This document shows, one piece after another, positions 38,844 through 52,600 of a stretch of 56,100 nt of DNA. Origin of the DNA: Rozella allomycis CSF55 (Eukaryota). How positions within the stretch are numbered: the stretch's first letter is position 1; each line of letters starts with the position of its first letter. The position numbers and the translations under genes are program-made. The notes below the pieces were generated by a model. It was not told where the DNA came from, did not search any database, and saw only the letters and a program-made list of their open reading frames with translations. Location: positions 1-56,100 of the forward strand of contig KE560559.1 in assembly GCA_000442015.1 (NCBI GenBank), in the 5' to 3' direction.

Positions 38844-41800
38844 ATGGCAGATCATTTTAGCAATATCGGGGCCCATCAATTACGGGACAAATTACTTTCA
38901 CAGCTTAGAGATTCAGGGAAGCTTGATAGCATTAGAGTAATCATAATTAGAAAAATTGATAGGCCACTCTGAAAAGCCGATTGCATATAGAGTTAATGTC
39001 ATTGAATGAAACAAAAAGAGAGGAAATAGACTCTCTTGATAAATTCTGTTTGTATGTTATTGCAGACTATTTGAAAAAGATGAATTTTGTATTAACTTTG
39101 AGTGTGTTGATGCCGGAAGTGCCAATGGTTGATGTAATTAGCAGTAGTAAATAAAAGTAGGTATTGGAAGGCGAAGATTTGATAAGAATGGGCAATAAAT
39201 TCTATGGCATAGAGTTGAAAGAGAAGAATCTATTGAGATCTATTATTGTGAACCTGGATGCAAGAAGTAATGGAAGCAGTGTGATGGAGATGGAAAAGTG
39301 GAAGATAGAAAAAGAGTTGGAGATTCAAGAGTATTACCGCAAGTTGAATGAAAAACAAGTGCAAATTTACAAGGAGGGTGAATTGATGATGATAAAGAGG
39401 GACTATGAAAATGAAAGGATGAAATTTAGATTTGAGATGGAAGCGAATATGAAGCATAGAGAAGAAGAATTGGCATTTAAAATGAATAATCTAATTAAAA
39501 GGGAAGAAGAGTTGAAGAAAAAGGAAGAGACACTGAGTGAAATATCGTTAAAATGTGAAGGGCTTGAAAGATCAATCAAGGAAAAGGAAGAAAATATGAA
39601 AAAGGAAAAAGAAGAGCAAGTTATGGAATACAAATTGCTATTGGAAAAGGAGCTTGAGCAGCGATCGGGGCATTTGATGAAGCAAGTTGAAGAGATTTCC
39701 AATATAAGAAACAATTTAAACATAATAATTCAAAAGCAAGTTGAAAAAGAGGTAGAAAAGGAGAAACTAAAACTTGAAGAAGAAATGTTAGAGAAGTTGA
39801 ATTTGGCGCGTAAAGATTTGAGAAGAGAATTTGAAAATCAGCCAAGAGTAGCAAGAGAAAATGAAGATGATTTGCGTCAAAATGAAAATGCTTTGCGACA
39901 AGAGCTTGAAGGGAGAATAAGAAGGGAATTTGAAGAAAAGTTTCAATTGGAGTTGCAAGAAGTCAAAAGGAGCTTTCTAGAGAGTAAAAAACCTCCAAAA
40001 GGGGAGAACGGAAAGTGGAAGAGGGAATGCCAACAGATGATAATAAAATTGGAAGTGCAATTGAATAGAAACAAAGATTTGACAATAAAGAACCAAGATT
40101 TGATAGTAGAGAATAAAGAATTGAGGAGAGAGTTAGCTGATGTGAGGTTGATTTTGCATAACAGAGTAATGAGAGAAGAAGGAAAGGAAAACCGAGCGAG
40201 AGAAGAAGTGAAAATCGTGAATGAGTATTCAGAGAGGGAAAGGGAATTGGAAAGGGAAATCAGAATGAAGGAAAAGGAGAATTATTTGATCAAGTTGAAG
40301 GGAGATGCTAGGAAGCAGGCAAGAACAAAGGAAGGAAGGAGACAAGAAAGAAACTTGCAAAATAATAAAGAGTTAACATTGCATAAAGAGCCCCACTTTA
40401 GCTGCAAAGAGCCATCATTGGAATCGAATGAAAATATAGATTTGATTATTAAAGAAATAGAAAAGAAAAAGAGAATAAAGAAAACAGAGAGTGAAGCGAC
40501 AAGTTTTGATATTCATTCGAGTGTGTTTGATCAAGAAGAAATAAAAGTTAGGGAAATGCAAAATATGAGAAAAAGAGGAGAATTTTTTGCAAAGGAAGAA
40601 GAAGCAAAGATTAAAGAATCACTGGAATCTGTTAGAGAAAGAGAAAAGGGTGAGAATGAAACAAAAAGGTTTAATTATTCTCCAAAGCAACTTAAAAGAG
40701 AAGCAGACTTTAAAGATGGCAATGAAGCAAAAAGTGCAAACATCAAAGTAGAAAATGTTGTTGAAAGCAAAGTGTTTAGGGTTGAAGATAGTGTGAATGA
40801 AGGTTTGGTTGATGGAAATCAATTGAAAGAGTTATCTGATAAAAGAGAAGAAATAAATTACAGAAATGATGAACCATTAGAAAAACCAAAAGAAGAGGAA
40901 GAAGTGCGAGTAGAATTTGATAGAAAAGTAGAAGTAGAATTTGATAGAAAAGTAGAAGAGATTGAAGCAAAAGAAGAAAAGGTTGACTGTCATCATGATG
41001 AAACAAAAGAATTCAAAATAGAGAAAGATGAACCATTTGAATTTAAAGGGAATCTAAACGAACAAAAATTTGAATGTGAGAGTGAGAAGGATTTCAAAGT
41101 AGAGATGGACTTGAATCAAATTGAATTGAAAGAAGAAATACAAAAGGATGAAATGGATGATAGGAAATACTTTGAACATGAACAATCTGAAGACTTGGAA
41201 TATAGAAAGGATGATGGGATTCAAAAGGATGACATTGAATCAAACGTGCAGATGGAGAGTGAATTGAGTGAAATTAGAGAAATAAACAGTGATTCAGAGA
41301 GTGTGAAAGTAGAATTAAAGAATGAAGAGAATGAAAAGAGTGAGATGCAAGAGGTGAAATATGAATCGGAAAGCAAATGGGAGAGTGAATTTGAAGATGA
41401 GAGTGAAATAAAAGAAGAAATAGAAAGTGAGCAAGAGAGTAGAAGTCAAGAGAATGAAAGGAGTGTATCAGTTATAATGGAAGTGAGCGAGAAGAGTATA
41501 CATGAAAGTGGCAACAGTATACAACAAGGCAATAAGAGTGACATACAACATGGCAATAAGAGTGATATACAAGGCAATAAGAGTGAAACTCAAAATATTG
41601 TACCAGTTCCATCAATAGCAAGGGATGAATCGTATCCAACAATAAGTGAAGCAATTTCATATTTGGAATCCAAAGAAGAATCAATTGTAGCCACACTAGA
41701 ATCAGTTACATTAAAATCAGCAGTAGAAGCACCGATTGAAAAGGATCTGGAATTCCAAAAGATACTCGAAGCGAATAGAAAAGAATACGTTGATGACTTT

Positions 41801-41896
41801 GAATCTGAATCATCAGTCAACACTCAATACAGGTAAAGAATAAACAGTTAAATGTTTAGTATTCCAGAAGAATCAATTCAAACTCAATCATGGTAA
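38844..41896 (+). CDS. OFD1: OFD1-like centriole/basal-body protein (TOF-LisH, coiled coils, acidic tail); 3 introns
   Basis: LRDKLLSQLRDSGKLDSIRATLKSRLHIEL...VIADYLKKMNFVLTLSVLMPE followed by extensive coiled coil. Confidence 0.65.
40909..40958 (+). repeat. 24-nt coding tandem duplication (VEFDRKVE x2)
   Basis: agtagaatttgatagaaaagtaga occurs twice in tandem. Confidence 0.85.
41508..41588 (+). repeat. Coding minisatellite (GNKSD/E units, about 21-24 nt, 3-4 copies)
   Basis: ggcaataagagtga occurs three times plus one degenerate copy. Confidence 0.8.
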
Positions 41897-41906
41897 ATAA
41901 AATTTA

Positions 41907-44267
41907 TTAAAGTTCTTCATGTTCATCACTATGAATGTCTTTATCGTTTAGATTTTCTTCTGTAAGTTCTTGTTCACTTTCTTCTTGTTCAACTTCAACT
42001 ATATTTTCACCCCCTTCACCTTCACCCCCTTCACCTTCACTCCCCTCACCTTCTTCCTTTTCAACCCCTTGCTTGAGTTCAACAACTGGCTCAGCATTTA
42101 GATCCATTTGAAGTGAAATTCTCATCATCTTTTCAATTCTCTTTGCAAACCCTGGTTCATCATTAATCTTATAGCCAGATCTAAGACTGGTAGTTTCGTA
42201 CAATAGATGTAACATTTGATCTACAATAGATTCATCAGAACTCAATTTATCCAACAAAGTTACAATTAATGGATGTGATGGGTTAATTTCAAATATTTTC
42301 TTTTGTTTCGCATAAAATTCATTCAATGGATTATTCTTGTACAACGCTTCTTGAATCTTTTGCATTTGTGGTGAAATTCCAAACTTTTGACTAACAAGCG
42401 CAGATGGAGATTTAACAAGCCTTGAAGAAATTACAACTTTTTCAATCTCATCTTTAAATTTCTCTTGAATCTTTTCAATCAGTGGCTTAAATTTCTCACT
42501 CAAACTTTCAATCTCTTTTTTCTCTTCTTCATCTTCATCTCCAAACTCTAATCCTTCTTTAGCTACTGAAACAAACTCAAACCCTTGAAAGCTTCTAGTA
42601 TTCTGAACTAGAAATTCATCCAAATAATCAATAAAATACAAAACTTCATATCCCCTACCAACAACCTTTTCAATCAATGGACTCTTCTTCGCTTCTTTAA
42701 TTGAATCAGCTGCTAAATAGAAAATACTTTTTTGTCCTTTTTTCATTCTTTTCACATAATCTTCAAGGGTCACCATCTTAGATTTAGATCCAGAAATTTC
42801 CTTTTCAGATTCAGAATTTTGATCTTTTTTTTCTTTTTTAAAACTTGAAGAAAATTTTATCAATTTCAACAATTTTTCTTGATAATTTTTACTCTCCATA
42901 ACACCAACTTTAATCAATGATGAATACTCCTTGTAAAATGATTCATATTTCTCTTCATCTTCATCTTTCAATCTATTCAAATAATCTAAAACTTTTTGTA
43001 TTATTTTATTCTTCATCATCTTCAATATTTTATTTTGTTGAAGTGTTTCTCTCGACACATTCAATGGCATCTCATCACAATCTACAACCCCGGTAATAAA
43101 TGTTAACCATTTTGGTAAAAATTCACCCAAATCTTCTGTAATAAAAACCCTCTTCACAAACAATTTTATATTTCTCATTTCTTCCGGCGTTGGTTGGTGA
43201 TTCTGAAATGGATTGCTCTTGGGAATAAACAACAACACTCGGAAATCAACATCCCCTTCTGCCTTGAAATGCAAATGGCCAAGCGACTCTCCTCCTTTAA
43301 ACGCCTTGTAGAAATTCTTGTATTCTTCTTCTTCAACACTCTTAGGGTCTCTCATCCAAATTGGCTTTTGATCGTTAATTCTTTCATACTCTTGAATCTT
43401 CTTTTCAATCTTTTTCTTTTCCTTTTTTTCTTCCTTTCCTTCTTCCTCTTCTGCATCTTCAATCTCGTCATCTTTTTCTTCTTCTTCCTTACCCTGGTCA
43501 TCCCCCTTTACTTCTTCTTCACTCTCTTCAGCATCAACTTGGATTGTTTTGGTGGAATAAAGATAAATTGGAAAATTAATAAACTCGGAATGCTTCTTGA
43601 TCAATTCTCTCAATTTACTATCCTCTAGAAACTCCTTGGCATCTTCCTTCATATGAAGCAGAATCATCGTTCCTCTCTCCAATGTATTTCCCCTAACATC
43701 CTTTGAAATAGAAAAGCCTTCTTCTTCTCTAGACTGCCACACATATTGCTCATCTTCATTATTCTTACTAACAACTGTAATCTCATCTGCAACTAGAAAC
43801 GCCGAATAAAATCCAACTCCAAATTGTCCAATAAAGTTCTGAGTGCTATTCAATCCATGCTTTTCTATAGTCTGGAAAAATTCAGCTGTTCCAGACTTGG
43901 CTATCGTTCCCAAATTCTCTCTCAATTGCTCTTTCGTCATTCCTATACCAGTATCTCTAATCATCAACACCCCCTTCTCTTGATCAACGGCTATCGTGAT
44001 ATTCAAATCTCTCACTCCTCCCAACGCTCCTTCATCCCTCAAACTAGCAGTTCTTATCTTTTCCAAAGCATCACTCGCATTAGATATCAACTCGCGCAAA
44101 AATATCTCCTTGCTCTTGTACAATGAATTCACTATCAATTTCATCATACGCGAAACCTCAGTTTGATACGCATGCTTTGTCGTCTCGGCTACAGGAGGCA
44201 CACTATAATCGGGAACACTCGTTCCTAAAACTAGTCCAACAAATAAAAGTATCGCTAAACACTTCAT
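41907..44267 (-). CDS. HSP90B1: Endoplasmin/Grp94 (ER Hsp90), intronless
   Basis: Signal peptide MKCLAILLFVGLVLG; NSLYKSKEIFLRELISNASDAL; IGQFGVGFYSAFLVA; PLNVSRETLQQ; C-terminal HEEL retention signal. Confidence 0.95.
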   Translation of the reverse strand: MKCLAILLFVGLVLGTSVPDYSVPPVAETTKHAYQTEVSRMMKLIVNSLYKSKEIFLRELISNASDALEKIRTASLRDEGALGGVRDLNITIAVDQEKGVLMIRDTGIGMTKEQLRENLGTIAKSGTAEFFQTIEKHGLNSTQNFIGQFGVGFYSAFLVADEITVVSKNNEDEQYVWQSREEEGFSISKDVRGNTLERGTMILLHMKEDAKEFLEDSKLRELIKKHSEFINFPIYLYSTKTIQVDAEESEEEVKGDDQGKEEEEKDDEIEDAEEEEGKEEKKEKKKIEKKIQEYERINDQKPIWMRDPKSVEEEEYKNFYKAFKGGESLGHLHFKAEGDVDFRVLLFIPKSNPFQNHQPTPEEMRNIKLFVKRVFITEDLGEFLPKWLTFITGVVDCDEMPLNVSRETLQQNKILKMMKNKIIQKVLDYLNRLKDEDEEKYESFYKEYSSLIKVGVMESKNYQEKLLKLIKFSSSFKKEKKDQNSESEKEISGSKSKMVTLEDYVKRMKKGQKSIFYLAADSIKEAKKSPLIEKVVGRGYEVLYFIDYLDEFLVQNTRSFQGFEFVSVAKEGLEFGDEDEEEKKEIESLSEKFKPLIEKIQEKFKDEIEKVVISSRLVKSPSALVSQKFGISPQMQKIQEALYKNNPLNEFYAKQKKIFEINPSHPLIVTLLDKLSSDESIVDQMLHLLYETTSLRSGYKINDEPGFAKRIEKMMRISLQMDLNAEPVVELKQGVEKEEGEGSEGEGGEGEGGENIVEVEQEESEQELTEENLNDKDIHSDEHEEL

Positions 44268-44442
44268 CTTCAAACGTGGAACCAGGGTGGTAGAAATTTC
44301 CAGTAATTTGTACTCAAAAATTACCGAAAATTCAAAAAGAACGGAATAGACATTAAATATAATTGATAAAATATGAATGTATAATGTTGAATTATTTGTA
44401 TTCAAAATTTCAATGAAATAATTTCAATTTAGGCAACGTTAT

Positions 44443-45660
44443 TTATGTTATTAGTCCATTGGCTTGCAAATTTATATTTCTTATAGCTGTAATCGTAGAC
44501 TGAATCACATTCTTCGTCTGCTTTACATCTGTAGCATGTGTTATATGCGGAAAAACATCGAGCTCTGCATCAATTTTAGATACAAGGTCAAGAAACAACT
44601 TTTTCACAAATTTTATCCCGTCACTATAATCCAACGTCTTTCCTTTCCATCCATTTACACACAATTACCTTGATACTCTGGAAAATGTTTCTCCAATGGA
44701 ACAACTTGAATCTTCAACTTGAATATATCACTCTTGTTCAAAAACAAAATTAACGGCTTCCTTTTTAAGAATGGATTGTCTAAAACTTCCTTCAAAATCT
44801 CTAAATCTCTTTTTATCGCATTCTTTGTGACTTAAAACTGGAACGTACTCGCGGCAGTTCATCTTCCTCGGAAACCTCCTGGTCATACGTGCTGATCGCT
44901 GAAATAAATGTGATAATAAAAACCTTGTCAAAATGATGAATCCATTTCTTTCTCTCAGATTTTTGTCCTCCGACATCAATCACCTTTAATTTCATATCTG
45001 CTGTATTCAATGTAAATTCTTGAACACCAGATGTTGGCTTGCGAACATTGACCCAGTCATTAATCGTCGGAACAAATGATTTCTGGAATATCAGCATTGG
45101 CATCCTACTAACCATACTATAATATTCACAAAGTCAACTTACTAGACTGCATAGTCAGGTAATACTAGACTGGTGGTTGAATAAAATTCTTTAATGAATT
45201 TATCATTTAAAAATAATTGTACAATTTCTCCAAACCTTGACAACTTGTCTTGATCTAGTTGACTTAGATTTTCCATCGTTTGGATGCTAATAGCTTCTAT
45301 GGTCAAAGCCTAAATAGTCGGAAATAATAAGCAAGAATACCATATTAGATCCAATTTTATCTACCAATTGCTTATTTTTTAACACTGCGTCGGCAATTGG
45401 TTGAACTGATGACAGTACGTTTTCATACATTGTCCATTTTAGTTCTTTTATTTCTTCATCAGTCAATTGATGATCAGAAAAAAGTTTAATTTGTTTCATA
45501 AATGTGGATTTTCCTGCATTTTGAGCACCTAGAATATCTAGTATGAATTATTACCAAGAAGTATTGTCGATATTGTTTGTTCAAAATTCTTTTTGTCCTT
45601 TTTGATAATACTATCAATTTCTCTTGAATGCCTGATCTCCTCTGATGCAATGTTTCCCAT
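44443..45660 (-). CDS. Divergent heterotrimeric G-protein alpha subunit; 5 introns
   Basis: MGNIAS myristoylation motif; GAQNAGKST; RKPTSGV; DVGGQKSERKKWIHHF; LFLNKSD; THATD. Confidence 0.92.
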
Positions 45661-45778
45661 GTAAGGCTTTTGTGATTTTACAGGAAAACTTTGTAGCTAT
45701 GGTGACATTTGTCATGTTTTTGACTAGTTTGAAACGGTCATGAATTAAAGCGAATTAAAAAATGAATAATTTATTAAA

Positions 45779-47515
<1,737 letters not shown>

Positions 47516-47598
47516 TTATAGAAATTTAGCAGTTCCCTAAAACAGAAATAGAATAAGATGAAATTGATTAAACATGCGCAATGTGCGCAAAAATTACT

Positions 47599-48187
47599 TT
47601 ATTCAACTAGATCAATTAATCTCTTTAATAATGCATTTGTTTGCTGAGCCTTTCAATATTTGAATTATACAATTACATCAATAGAGGAGCATTCGAAATA
47701 TTCCACTTGAAACATTTGACGCAATTGATCCAATTTTTCACGGGTTATTTTCTTTTTATTCGCTTTATCACATTTCGTTCCTACCATGATAACCTTTGCA
47801 TCTTTTGATGCTTTCAATTTTGAAATGAGACTCTTAATTGATTCAAATGTATCTTCACTTGTCAAATCAATGCACACTAAAACAACCCGAGAATCAGTAA
47901 TCTTCGTAATTCAAGTTGCAATGATTTTACGTATCGAATAGAATCATCAGAAAATACTTCGTGCCCGGGAACATCCACAAAGAATAATTCCTTTTTCAAA
48001 TCGACCAAGCTAATTTTTGTAATGCTACACCTAATGTCCTCGATATTAATGGATGAAAGCGTAATACCATGGTGTACTTATTGGATTTGGCCGCAAGTGG
48101 ATTAGCCATAGATCCTATCAAGGATGATTTTCCGCTCGCCTTCGTTCCCAAAACACATAATTTGTATCTGTCAAACGTCAGAGACAT
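47599..48187 (-). CDS. IFT27: Rab-like small GTPase, probably IFT27/RABL4; 3 introns
   Basis: GTKASGKSSL...KYTM; ELFFVDVPGHEVF; VGTKCD; YFECSS; no C-terminal prenylation Cys. Confidence 0.65.
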
Positions 48188-48217
48188 TAATAAAAGGTAA
48201 ACAAAAATTTTATTTTA

Positions 48218-48493
48218 TTAGCGCCCAACTTCACTCTTCCCTTCAACCTTTAAGTTGTTCAAGCGTTCTTTATTGCGTCTTCCTAATACTCTCATTGTAT
48301 TGGTTTTCTCAGATTCAGTCATGTTATCCCAATTTGTAATTCTACTCATAGATCCATCCTCGTTGATAACAAGCGGTCCTAACGCATCTAGTCGAATATT
48401 CGATCCCACCTCGTGGTTATTATCAACATCTGAAGGCGCTGGTAGTCCTAATAAAGTGCCAGTTTCTGAAATATTCGATTGTGTTCCTGACAT
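48218..48493 (-). CDS. Conserved small hypothetical protein
   Basis: LDALGPLVINEDGSMSRITNWDNMTESEK...RVLGRRNKER, a motif I recall from an uncharacterised fungal/protist family. Confidence 0.75.
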   Translation of the reverse strand: MSGTQSNISETGTLLGLPAPSDVDNNHEVGSNIRLDALGPLVINEDGSMSRITNWDNMTESEKTNTMRVLGRRNKERLNNLKVEGKSEVGR

Positions 48494-48547
48494 GTGGCTT
48501 TGAACTTTGTAAAGGTTAAGAAAGAAACACTATAATTGTGATGAAAT

Positions 48548-49444
48548 TTATTTTTTCTGTGGGCTTAAAATACCTTCTAGTTGAGTCTATATTAACTTTG
48601 AAAAGGAAATACCTTCAATTGCAAGTTTGTCTTTTTCAAAAAGGCGATTTCTTCAGCATGCTTTCGTTCATCCATTGCGCGGCGTTCATTTTCTCTCTTT
48701 TCAATAGCTTCGCATTTAGCCTTCAATTCTGAGACTGAATGTTCAAGATTTTTCTTTTCTTCTTCTAATTGTTTGAGCTATTTATTTTTTTATTGTGCTG
48801 ATTACTTGGCTTTCCATTTCAGATTTTCCTTGTTCTGCTTGCAGCGCTTTTCTCATTCCAAAAGCAACACTTGACTCGTAAAGGGTTTGATAAGCGGCCA
48901 GAGTCATTCTGATTTCATCGCGAACTCTTAATAAAAGTAAACCACGTTCCTGGCATGTTATAGTTACTTGACGAATTAGTTCATCTTATTTAATTGTTTT
49001 AATCTTTGTACCAAAGCATTGGGAATACAATTCTCTTCTAATCGGACAAATTCCAGTCTCTCTTGCTTGCCTCTTTTGAAGCATATGATCTAATTGTTCC
49101 CATTATGTATTAACAGTGTAATTACTTGTAAATTGATTACATCTAATCTTGTGGCTGGAGTAGAGCTAACTTGTTGAACCCAGAACTGACCATTTTCATC
49201 CCATTCCCTATTTAATTTGAAGTGTAATGTTTTACTTTGGGGGTAGAATAGAATTTAGGATATCTTCTGTGGTAGCTGTTGGTTGTTGTAAATTTTTTAG
49301 TTTTTCATCCTTTGTTGGCGACGAGGGAGGCAATTGAGACTTTTTTGGTTCTGTTTGTTTTTGTGGTAATTTAGAGTTATCTGTGGCTTTTGAAACGAGT
49401 ACGGGATTATCATATTTGATCAATGATTGACCGATATGTAACAT
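48548..49444 (-). CDS. DNALI1: Axonemal inner-arm dynein light chain p28; 5 introns, one GT-GG
   Basis: SLIKYDNPVLVS; EDILNSILPP; VSSTPATRLDV; RQARETGICPIRRELYSQCFDELIRQVT; YESSVAFGMRKAL. Confidence 0.96.
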
Positions 49445-49617
49445 TGGAAATCGATTTGTTTACAATGAAATTTCGTTACCAGATGAAATGAAAAAACTAG
49501 CGAGGGAATTTTCAAGTGAATTAATATGTATTTTTAAATGAATCAATATCTATTTTCAATTGCAATATTTATTTCAAATGAATCAATATATATATTTTCA
49601 ATTGAATCGCAAGTGAA

Positions 49618-52600
49618 TTAATATTTATTTTCAGTGCTACTTTTATATTTTATTTTCATTCTTGCTATTGATTGAGGATCAATGCTTCCACGAATGCCTA
49701 ACAAGGCTTTCCCAACAGCTTGAGTGATACCAATTGCCGGTTTAAGGACGACCACTGGAAGAGATTTTAAAACAAGTTTCAATGAAACCTTAAATGCGTA
49801 TTTTTTTAATACTTTACTGAATCAGTCTGAGGCACAGCCAAGACAATGCTGGATGCCTCTTTCATTCCTTTGGAAAGAGACTTGTAAGCTTGAATGAAGC
49901 CTTTTGAAAATAAGATAATAATTTACCTTGAAGAGCGTTTTGTGGTGGTGAAGCGAATTTACTTTGCCGCTGCAAGTCGTGGCCCGTTAGAATTCTTTCA
50001 ATTTGATCCAAAAACGTTTCAGTAGAGACAACCATTGAAGTTCCAAGTTTTAAAACTTCATTTGAAGCTGATTTTGTAAACGAAGATAACCCCTTTTTAA
50101 TAGCTTTTAATAGATCGCCGTGTTCTTTGAAGGATTCAACTGGCAAAATGATTAAATCAACGAGACCCTTGCCTATATTTATAGCTGATTTAAAAGGATA
50201 AATAGCCTGAAGAATTCCAGTGATTTCACATTTGTTAATTTCATCCATCCAAGCGTCCATTAAAGTTTCTACTAAATTTTGAATCCCATGAATGCCACTA
50301 ATTCTTAATTTGCCAAGATTAATTCCAGCATTTTCCAATCTTAACAAATTAAATAATTCTGAAAGATTTCCTTCCTTTAAGGATGCAATGTCTATTCCTT
50401 TGGGTTTATAATCAACAGTTAAAGAAATTGGACTAATTTCAACAAGATCTACAATTTATAATAAAATAAATTTAATACTAAAATAAATTCCATTTCCAGA
50501 TGATTCAGAGCTACTTGATGAATAACTGAAAAAGTTTATTAAGAATTTTAGAGTATCCTGGTCCAAATGAACAATCAAAGGGTTTATTTCACACTTTTAA
50601 TAATTAATTTGTATTTTACTTTCAAATTCTTGTCAAAATTACCAAATTCCTGAATGGTAATGTTTAACAGGGGTTGATCATGCATTTCAGAAAACAATAA
50701 AGTTTTCCATAGAGAAGAAGGGATGTTGTCTAAAATTTCCATATTTTTAATTTTGATCGATAGAATAGAATTTGGAGAATTTGTAGATTGTAGAGCCCCC
50801 AAAGAGAATGATGTTTGGTTGATGGATAATCCAAAAATATCAAAAATGACTGAGCCTAAAGAAGGATTGAATGTTTCCTTGACAGAAGAATGTTTTAGTG
50901 GAATTGCTTCAGCGGGAGAAATGAAGCAAATGTCGTCTGATTCATTTTCCATTGTTGGATTGAGGGTTGCAGTAGATTGTAATTCTTCCAACAAGACAAA
51001 ACTATTCTGCCAATCAAACCCCTGTCTTAATTCAATTTTAACATTTAAATCTTCAGCCAACAAAATCTTTAAAGGAATTTCACAAAATAGATTATCCGAA
51101 AAGTGGGATTCATTCAAATCCAAATTTAGATTTTCACTACCATTAGTGACAGAGTTTTTAATATTAGAGTTTTCAACATTATAGTCTTCTTTGCAGACTT
51201 TATTAAATGAATTTTTTAATTCCCAATCAAATTCATTAATGGAATTAACAAACCTTGTTTCGTCCAACTCTAAATTACTTAATGTTAAATCCTTTGGCTC
51301 TTCAACTTTGAAAGGTTCCAAATTATCCAACACGCCCATCAAAGGATAAGATTTACTCATTTCAATTTGTAATTTTTCATTTATTTCACCTTTATATTCA
51401 TAATTATTTATTTCTTCTTTATTTCCATCGCTATTTTTATCTTTTTTCAAAATAACTTCAGTGGCTATGGAAATCAAAGAATGTAGACTGTCGGCACAAA
51501 CCGAAATTTCCAGATTGTGATTTGAAATTTTAATCATCGATTTTTCAACAAGAAAAGACATATAATCATCTCTTGCAACTTTAATGTAACCCATTTCCTA
51601 TAAATATTACAAAATTTGTCTATTTACTTGTAGCCCATCAATGGTTGACAAACCTGAATCAGATTCAAGCAAGAATTGTTTATCATCAATGAGAAATAAA
51701 TTAAAATTTTGAAATACAATACTTTTATTACTTTTATTAATTGAAATCTTAAAGTTTTAATTGAAATAATTTACATTTGATAAATCAAAATAGAAAAGTA
51801 AATTTCCAAAACAAGAATCATATTCGATTGTAAAATCATTCAATTGTAAACGCAATGGGAATTCAAATCCAAACGATCCATTTTCAGTCAATTTATATAC
51901 AAAGTGACTGTTTGTCAATGAAATATAAAATTCATTATTTATAAATGTAAAAATTAGTCGATCTTTAGAATATCTTTGTCTCTTTGATTGAAATTGGCTT
52001 TCTCTCAACACAACTTGATTTTGCTTTTCTATAACTATCTTGGAACTCACAAATTTTAATGAATTTTCTTTCAAAGAATATCCAATAATTGAATCTTTTA
52101 AATAAACATCAAACTCATTTGTTGCAAAATGAACTATAATTTGAATTTCTGAAATTTACTATTTTGACATAGAAAGGAAAACACAACTGCAATCGAATCA
52201 ACATCAGATCCAACATCAGAAGCAACTTCAATATCAAAAGAAATATTATTTTGCATTCCTTCTATGTCGAATACTTTAAAATCAAAAAATATGTTGGGAA
52301 TGTCAATTTGTATGAAATATTTCTGTATCAATGTTAAATATTCAATACCGAATTGTTAGACAAACTTTTCAATTCTCTAATCAAATCTTCTCTAGAATTA
52401 ATTTCTCTTTTGAAATTTATTTTATTAGAATTATTTAAACTGAAACTGATAAAGGATTTGGCGCCATTTGTTGAAAATGAATTACAGAAAATTCTCTCAT
52501 CAATTGAAGCCCTCAAACTATCAAATGAAAAAACAAGCGGCAAATTCAACGAAATGCTCACATTGCCAAAAAATAATTGATATCTTTGAAATAAAATTAT

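Noticed and set aside
39230-44126. Many Phe/Leu/Ser-rich ORFs opposite OFD1 and Grp94
   Set aside because: Expected antisense frames of E/K-rich, purine-biased coding sequence.
44268-44405. 46-aa N-terminal extension of Grp94 in the ORF track
   Set aside because: It begins at a TTG in AT-rich intergenic DNA; the signal peptide and upstream GAAATTTC motif point to ATG 44267.
47996-48070. Apparent premature TGA in the IFT27-like gene
   Set aside because: A 29-nt GT-AG intron after KYTM shifts the frame to DIRCSITKISLVDLKKELFFVD.
49505-49635. Short imperfect AT-rich direct repeats (aagtgaattaatat, aaatgaatcaatat)
   Set aside because: Low-complexity local duplications at the ATG2 3' end, with no regular spacers or terminal inverted repeats.
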